DNA of 64,000 nucleotides, taken from assembly GCA_965218695.1 (NCBI GenBank), contig OZ244651.1:1760001-1824000 (forward strand). The letters run 5' to 3'. The notes beneath the pieces were generated by a model. It saw nothing but the letters and a program-made list of their open reading frames with translations. It was not told the DNA's origin and did not search any database. This document shows positions 58,082-64,000 of this stretch, piece by piece; within the stretch, counting starts at the first letter, position 1, and every line of letters begins with the position of its first letter. The stretch is from Nitrosopumilus sp. (lineage in GTDB: Archaea > Thermoproteota > Nitrososphaeria > Nitrososphaerales > Nitrosopumilaceae). Position numbers and translations under genes: made by a program.

Positions 58082-59626
58082 GTATGAATTCACCTGCCCC
58101 TTATATCAGTCGACCAACTTCTTCGGCCACGCTCTTGCCATGTGCCCTCCACGTGAGGACGCACGTGACAAAATCTGCAAGGCGCTTCATGGCCTTGGAG
58201 CCGCCCTTGGTCTGCCCGCTTATCTTGCGGAACACCACCAGGTAGCGCAGCGCCCTCTCGCTGGCGTTGTTTGTAGGCTCGACGCCGGGATGCTCCAGGA
58301 ACGCAAACATGCGGTGCAGGTGCCTCTCGAGCTTGTCCAGCACCTTTTGCATGTCGTCATCGTCACCACCACCACCGGCATCGCGGTACCGGTCAAGCAC
58401 GTCCTGCATGGTGCGGTTCATCGTATGCCGCAGCTGTGGCGAGCGCGCCTCCTGCGCGGCCAGCAGTTTTGCCCTCTCAAACACCCACTTGTGGTCCTCG
58501 TGGAGCTGCTGCTGCCGCCGCCGGACACGTTTGGTCTCGGGAGGCACGGCGCAGTATTTTTCTGCCAGGTGCCTTGTCTGCCGGAGGTCGTGCGCCCAGC
58601 ACGACTGGTGCATGCCGTCCTTGTCAAACCTGTCATATCCGGTGTACCCGTCAGTTATCGCCACCCCGTCAAATTTGTCCATGGCATCGAGCATGAGCGT
58701 GGCCCTGCTCTGGCTGATGTTTATTGCGATGTTTTTGCCCGACTGTGCCACGTTTGCGTGTACCTTCTGGCCGTCGTTTCGCCAGCTGGTTTCGTCAAAC
58801 CCGGCACAGTCAGAAGCCTCCACTTCCCCGAGGATCCTGCCTGCCTCGTGGCCCGAGGCGTCCCCGACGCGTGCCATGATGTTGTTGACGGTGGATCCTG
58901 CAAGCATAATGCCCGTTATGGAGCGCACCGCGACCGAGATTCCCTTGAGCGGCACCCGTGCCGCGCGCAGTTCTGAGACGAGTCCGACCATGCCCTTGCC
59001 GAAGTTGCCCCGCCGCGGCAGGTCGTTTGGAGCATCTTCCCTGCGGCCGCATGAGCCGCATACTGCAGTCTCCACGCGGTGCCGCGTCTCGCACGCAGTC
59101 ACCCTGATGTCCGTGATGTCCCGCACGCGCGGACTGCCAATCGCCATCCGGCCGCCGCCGCCGCCGCACCCGCATTCCGGGAGCACCGGCACCCGCCTCC
59201 TGCCCGACTTCCTGCGCCCGAACCTGTGGGATACGGTCCTTTCCGGGTCGTGGGGGCGCGACGCCCCCGCGTGTCCCTTTCTTCCCCCGCGCTTGGATTT
59301 GCCCTCCTTTTCCTGTTTTTTTGCCCGCTCCCTCTTCTGGGCCTTCCATTCCAGGGATTCAGATGAGGGCGGCGTGTTGGGGTTTGTATAGTATGTCATG
59401 AGGCGTTCGCTGTACCCCAAGGCCCTTTCAAGACGTTCTATCCTGCCAAGTGCCTTCTCAAGATCGGATTTGAGGGTGGCAATCTCCCGGTTCCGTGCTA
59501 GGAGTTCCTCTTTTAGCTGGTCCCTGCTCATGTGCCGTGAATTTACCATGTAAAGTGATGTGTATTGCCAGCATATGGATCAGTATGATCATTTTTTTGT
59601 GACAGGAAGGACAGGTGAATTCATAC
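58082..59626 (-). mobile_element. IS66-family element D
   Basis: TIR GTATGAATTCACCTG; TSD GTTCGGCC / GTTTGGCC (1 mismatch). Confidence 0.88.
58101..59549 (-). CDS. IS66-family transposase
   Basis: NPNTPPSS, FDETSW, TDGY, QSCWAH, PTNNASERALR. Confidence 0.9.
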   Translation of the reverse strand: MVNSRHMSRDQLKEELLARNREIATLKSDLEKALGRIERLERALGYSERLMTYYTNPNTPPSSESLEWKAQKRERAKKQEKEGKSKRGGRKGHAGASRPHDPERTVSHRFGRRKSGRRRVPVLPECGCGGGGGRMAIGSPRVRDITDIRVTACETRHRVETAVCGSCGRREDAPNDLPRRGNFGKGMVGLVSELRAARVPLKGISVAVRSITGIMLAGSTVNNIMARVGDASGHEAGRILGEVEASDCAGFDETSWRNDGQKVHANVAQSGKNIAINISQSRATLMLDAMDKFDGVAITDGYTGYDRFDKDGMHQSCWAHDLRQTRHLAEKYCAVPPETKRVRRRQQQLHEDHKWVFERAKLLAAQEARSPQLRHTMNRTMQDVLDRYRDAGGGGDDDDMQKVLDKLERHLHRMFAFLEHPGVEPTNNASERALRYLVVFRKISGQTKGGSKAMKRLADFVTCVLTWRAHGKSVAEEVGRLI

Positions 59627-59757
59627 GTTTGGCCGGCCGTCCAAGAAGATTGGGAATATGCAGGTGCAAAACGCAATTTCGTGTACGGATCTGGTAAAAA
59701 GTCACCAAGGCCTCCTCTCCTCCCGGCAGAAGAGGCGATCCCGGCGGGTCTCGGGAT

Positions 59758-62700
59758 TCATCGGGGGCCGGCACTCTGACTGCCCGTATCCTGCTGCTGC
59801 TGCCCCTCCTTTGCTGCTGCTGCACCCGGAACGTTCGTCTCCTGCGTGTTCGGGTCCGGCCTAACCACAAAGATCTTCACACCCCTCTTCAGTTCCTCAT
59901 CTAAGGCACCATGCCCCTTCCTGATGTCCTCTGAAAACGACCAGACGTGGCACTCTTTGAACCCGAGTTTTGGCCACTTTGTCATGTTGTACCTGACATG
60001 CTCCAGATGCGATACGCACTCCGATCCAGACTCCAATTCTATGCTTATCGGGGTGTCGGTGGAGTAGTCGTATGCCACAAGATCCGTCTTGTCAACTGCC
60101 TCGTGTATCCTCTGTGATGCGACGGCGACAAAGCATCCCCTGTCCAGATAGTGGGCGACGGCCTTTTCGAAGAGCTCCGGGATGTCTTGTGCCGTGCCTA
60201 CTGCACCGCAGTCAAAACCAAAGTATTCCTTCCGTGTCTCCTCGGCAACGGCATAGGGGTCCAGCCGGCCGGTGCGGGGTGCCAGCAACCCGTCATGTAC
60301 CATCTCGCGGAGCAGGCAGGAGACCGTGTCGCGGGGCGTCGTGCCTGCCACACTGGCTCCGGTCGGATTGTACCGACTCGTCACCTCCTTGAGGTTGAGC
60401 GGGCCTTTACGCAGCAGCAGCAACAGCAGGTGCCACCTTTCACGCGAAAGAAACTCCGCATCCATGTTCTCCATCCACCTGTTCCTCTCCTCCAGACGCA
60501 CATCAACTAGCGGATGCGTGTCCCCGTCCCGGGTTCCGTACCTTTCACGCTCGGATGCGACAAAACCATTCCATTCCTCCCGGGTCATGTTGGGCCTGCA
60601 CGCCTGGCCCGACTCGGGATCGAAATGTGTCCAGAACTGAACTGGCAACGGTTGCTCTCCCCCGGGCTTTGGTGCAATGCGTGCAGTCCAGCGGTATACC
60701 GGCTGCGTGGCTATCATGTTTTTGATGTCGTTGACGTACTTTGGATCCCATGCGCTTGCCAGCCTCTGCGCGTCATTCCCCTCAAGGTGTCCGGCCATCT
60801 GTATGCCAAAGTTTGTCGTAATGCTGCTAAGATCACTCTCGTCGAGCTGTTTGAGGCTCTGGTGCGCAAGTATCAGCCCCAGTCCCTTGGACCTTGCCTG
60901 CGATATCATCGTCTCGAGCACGGATATGCCCTTCATCTTCTGGAACTCGTCGAGTGCCAGAACCACCTGCGTCCGTTCCCCTAGCGGAGTGGTGCTGGAG
61001 CGGTGCAGTATCTCGAACCACAGTTTCAGCACAAACGTCTGCATCACCAGATTGATCACATTCATCGGTATGTCCGACTCGGAGAACCTCACCACGGTAT
61101 AGTGTCCGGGCTTGATCATCTCGCTGAACAGTGCAGTGGATCTTCTCTGGCAGAACATGTGCTTCATCTTGGCACTTACGGCAAAGATGTCCAGCCTGTT
61201 CAATACGGGTTCAAACGACCTGGCATCCATGGCGGCTATCGATTTGAGCGCCGCATTCAGCTCCTCGCTTGGCCTGCCAAGGCTCCGATACATCACCTGC
61301 AGGTACTTCTTCTTCCTCTCCTGTATCTTCAGTATCAGGTCATACAGGTCGATGAATGTGGGCTTGTCGTTGTTCAGATAGATGTACTCTAGAAGGTTGC
61401 GCATGATCCGGTTCATCCGCACGAACGCCTCGGAGTTCCCGTACCACCCCTTGATCATCTCAAAGAAATACCCCACGTACAGCGCCACCAGCTCGTCGCG
61501 CGCCCCCTCCTTGTCCCTGTCGTACGGCGGAAGTTCCAGCGGGTTGATTGAAAAGTTGGTCCTCGAGGGATCCATATAGTGCACCAGGTTCCTCTCCACG
61601 GTAATCTTTTCGCACTGCCGGATGAACATCTCAGAGTCATCCCCCTTGGGATCAAAATAGATGAACGCGTTTGGCCAGCCGACATCCTGATCCGCCAGCG
61701 TCTTGGCGCGGTCAAGGCCGGACAGCATCTTCCGGGTGCGGGCACCGCCTCTTATCTCCGATACCGGGACCTCCCGCGGGAGGGACGCATAGATGTTTGT
61801 CATCTCAAGGTGTTTGGCAATGACCCTGATTACAGACGACTTGCCGCTGCCGGTACCGCCCGGGAGGTACATGTGGCGCGCAAAGTCCGCCGGCGAGACT
61901 GTCACTGCATCGATGTCACTTGATACGTGCTCCCGGCCAAACCGTGCGTAGTATTCTGCGCCATCAAACGAGTCTTGCTGGCTGAGACGGCCTATGCTGA
62001 ATCCCCGTTTGTCCAGCTGCTGGGACGGCAGCACGTTGTACCTGGTGACCCTCAGGTTGGGGGTTGACGAGTCCGGCAGGTGGACAAACGACGGCATCTC
62101 TGATTGGAGCACTATGTTGAATGGGGGCGACTGCCTGGGGCGGTATCCCCCGATCATTCCCTTGGAGGCATACCTGCCCACTACCCTGTTCATCTTCTCG
62201 CGGGGGTCCGGGATGGCCCTCGATTGGTAGATCTCTATGCGCTGCCTCTTGGTCTTCTCCCGTCCGATCCTGATGCCGTCAAACTGGAATCCTGCAAGAG
62301 CCAGGAGGGACTGCCACTTGGTTTTCTGCTGTTCGGCCTTGTCCATGTCGTGGCTGAAGAATCGTGACGCCGGATACGTGTATGGCGTGAGAAAGTCATG
62401 GTTTGAGCGTATCTCCCCAAACGATATCGCATCGGCCACGTTGATGTCCGATGTCGTTCCTGCGTCGATGAGTCCGCGGACTGAGACGATTCCGTGCGGC
62501 CCCCGCGCCTTTTCGATCGCATCATGCTGCAGCGCAGAAAAATTGTTGTGAAACTCGCCGCCTGACTCCGGGTGTGCCGTCGGGGGCGCGTCGGTCTTGT
62601 TGCCACCGGACACGTCCGGCATTAGTCCGTCCAGGAAGCTGCTGCCGGGCGGTTTGTTCGTCCGTATGTCCGCGTGAAACCCGTTGATCCCCTGCAGGTG

Positions 62701-63213
62701 TCTTTGGAGAAATGCGGTAAAGTCATACCTGCAAAACGCAAACTGTATCCACGCGAACCTGCCCTGCTGGATCGTGCTTGCCAAGTTTGACATCATCCAG
62801 GGCGGCGCATCGTCCTGCCTGAAGAGGGACGCGTAGTGGCCGTGGTACACCCCGACATCAAAGAATTTGTATGGCGTTCTGCGGTCAAACCATTCCGGCG
62901 TGTTGTCTTTTAGTGCGGCGTACTGTGCCCCGGGATACATGTTGCTAAACGCCTTCTGGTATAGGGCAAGGTCGCCGGGCACGGCTGCAATCACCATCAT
63001 CAGTTCCTTGCGCTCCCCGTCCCACCACATCTCAAAGGAGCGCACCGCCTCGGAGAACAGTTTTGGCGCGTAGTGCATTACCCTCTCCCTGTCCGACTCC
63101 AGCTGGACTGACACGGTGGCTGCCACGTGTTTGGAGTATTCCCCGATAAACCTCTTGGCATCGCCCAGCATTCCCTTCTGCTTTCTCAGGTTATAGAGGT
63201 GCCAGCGGTTCAT
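59758..63213 (-). CDS. VirD4/TraD/HerA-like P-loop ATPase with long N- and C-terminal extensions
   Basis: RHMYLPGGTGSGKS, FDPKGD, INPLE, LALDEFQ, ILAHQS. Confidence 0.82.
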   Translation of the reverse strand: MNRWHLYNLRKQKGMLGDAKRFIGEYSKHVAATVSVQLESDRERVMHYAPKLFSEAVRSFEMWWDGERKELMMVIAAVPGDLALYQKAFSNMYPGAQYAALKDNTPEWFDRRTPYKFFDVGVYHGHYASLFRQDDAPPWMMSNLASTIQQGRFAWIQFAFCRYDFTAFLQRHLQGINGFHADIRTNKPPGSSFLDGLMPDVSGGNKTDAPPTAHPESGGEFHNNFSALQHDAIEKARGPHGIVSVRGLIDAGTTSDINVADAISFGEIRSNHDFLTPYTYPASRFFSHDMDKAEQQKTKWQSLLALAGFQFDGIRIGREKTKRQRIEIYQSRAIPDPREKMNRVVGRYASKGMIGGYRPRQSPPFNIVLQSEMPSFVHLPDSSTPNLRVTRYNVLPSQQLDKRGFSIGRLSQQDSFDGAEYYARFGREHVSSDIDAVTVSPADFARHMYLPGGTGSGKSSVIRVIAKHLEMTNIYASLPREVPVSEIRGGARTRKMLSGLDRAKTLADQDVGWPNAFIYFDPKGDDSEMFIRQCEKITVERNLVHYMDPSRTNFSINPLELPPYDRDKEGARDELVALYVGYFFEMIKGWYGNSEAFVRMNRIMRNLLEYIYLNNDKPTFIDLYDLILKIQERKKKYLQVMYRSLGRPSEELNAALKSIAAMDARSFEPVLNRLDIFAVSAKMKHMFCQRRSTALFSEMIKPGHYTVVRFSESDIPMNVINLVMQTFVLKLWFEILHRSSTTPLGERTQVVLALDEFQKMKGISVLETMISQARSKGLGLILAHQSLKQLDESDLSSITTNFGIQMAGHLEGNDAQRLASAWDPKYVNDIKNMIATQPVYRWTARIAPKPGGEQPLPVQFWTHFDPESGQACRPNMTREEWNGFVASERERYGTRDGDTHPLVDVRLEERNRWMENMDAEFLSRERWHLLLLLLRKGPLNLKEVTSRYNPTGASVAGTTPRDTVSCLLREMVHDGLLAPRTGRLDPYAVAEETRKEYFGFDCGAVGTAQDIPELFEKAVAHYLDRGCFVAVASQRIHEAVDKTDLVAYDYSTDTPISIELESGSECVSHLEHVRYNMTKWPKLGFKECHVWSFSEDIRKGHGALDEELKRGVKIFVVRPDPNTQETNVPGAAAAKEGQQQQDTGSQSAGPR

Positions 63214-64000
63214 TGCCCATCCTCTTCCTCCTCCCTTTCCTCCTCAAACACCGCATCCGGGTGCGTCTCCGGCGGGCAGCAACAACTTTGGACTGCGCGT
63301 CGGCGTCGACGTGTGGCCTGCCGTAGCATCTGGAAACCGGTTTGCTGGCATGTGAGACAGGACTGTCCCACTTAAAAGGGGCAGAATTGCGAGCAAAAGA
63401 ATCGGATTCTCCTGTCCAGATGTCTGCCTGAACCGGTACGAAACCGGAGATGCTACCAGACTTTGCACTTGGCCGGGCTTGCCAAGGTCGGCATACATCC
63501 TGAATCTCTGCCAAGCTGTCTGCATGGCACAACCGAGCCGGTGGCGCAATCATCCAAACCGGAAGGGATGTACAGCGACAACATGACATTTTTAGGTACT
63601 ACCGTGCCTGCAAAGCCGTCTCACGTCATTCCAGATGTGAGTGTTTTCCCCGGAAGATAGCATCATGTAGGAATCACAAATCAACAGGATTCCCGAACGG
63701 ATCTGCCGGCACGCCCGTCAGGTGCCCCTTGCAGGCAAATCATTGACGGCATCAGCGTATCTGCATGCCTTCCCGATATCCAGCATCATCCGGACATCAC
63801 CACTCAAGCGGATTCTTGGTCTATTCGACACGAACGGCTCGGTTATGGCTTCGAATAGACATGAGGATTTACCAGCACACTACGGATAATGGCGTTGTCC
63901 ACCTTTTGATAATCCTGCTCTATTTCACACTATTTTTGGTTCATTTTGGCATCCCAAACCTGGACTCTGAAGGGGTTTCTGGTGTCGGCAGGCTTGCGGT

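Noticed and set aside
58267-59391. Long antisense and alternate-frame ORFs over transposases and other GC-rich genes
   Set aside because: Shadow ORFs with no motifs, overlapping well-supported genes
63819-63860. 10-bp inverted repeat GTCTATTCGA / TCGAATAGAC as a possible oriT
   Set aside because: A single short hairpin with no nic-like consensus or relaxase in view

Overview
The window looks like the genome of an ammonia-oxidising archaeon (Nitrososphaerota, Nitrosopumilaceae-like). This is inferred from the cox operon with a split subunit II plus a cupredoxin, an IPxWVK-type domain and TATA-box promoters. Core genes lie at 1-5.5 kb (ilvE, SAM-MTase, znuABC, NikR-like regulator) and 51.2-58 kb (tRNA-Lys, SRPBCC protein, ctaA, cupredoxin, coxA, coxB). 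Between them is a ~45 kb IS-rich accessory region, most of it an element integrated at tRNA-Lys(CTT) by the adjacent tyrosine integrase. The second 23-bp att copy (9183-9205) is inverted relative to the tRNA. Swapped 5-bp target duplications indicate that two inverted ISH3 copies flipped 7389-16716, which would block excision. The element carries: a UvrD-nuclease-SWIM fusion; a MORC/histidine-kinase, receiver and Vsr operon; an EcoRII-C-like endonuclease; a very short C5-MTase; an orphan RelE; an Avs-like STAND NTPase; HNH and NYN nucleases; a plasmid/virus-like replication module; and a cas-less two-repeat mini-CRISPR array (40372-40479). A large VirD4/HerA-type ATPase at the right end suggests a second mobile region. 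All family assignments come from motifs read by eye; no searches were run.
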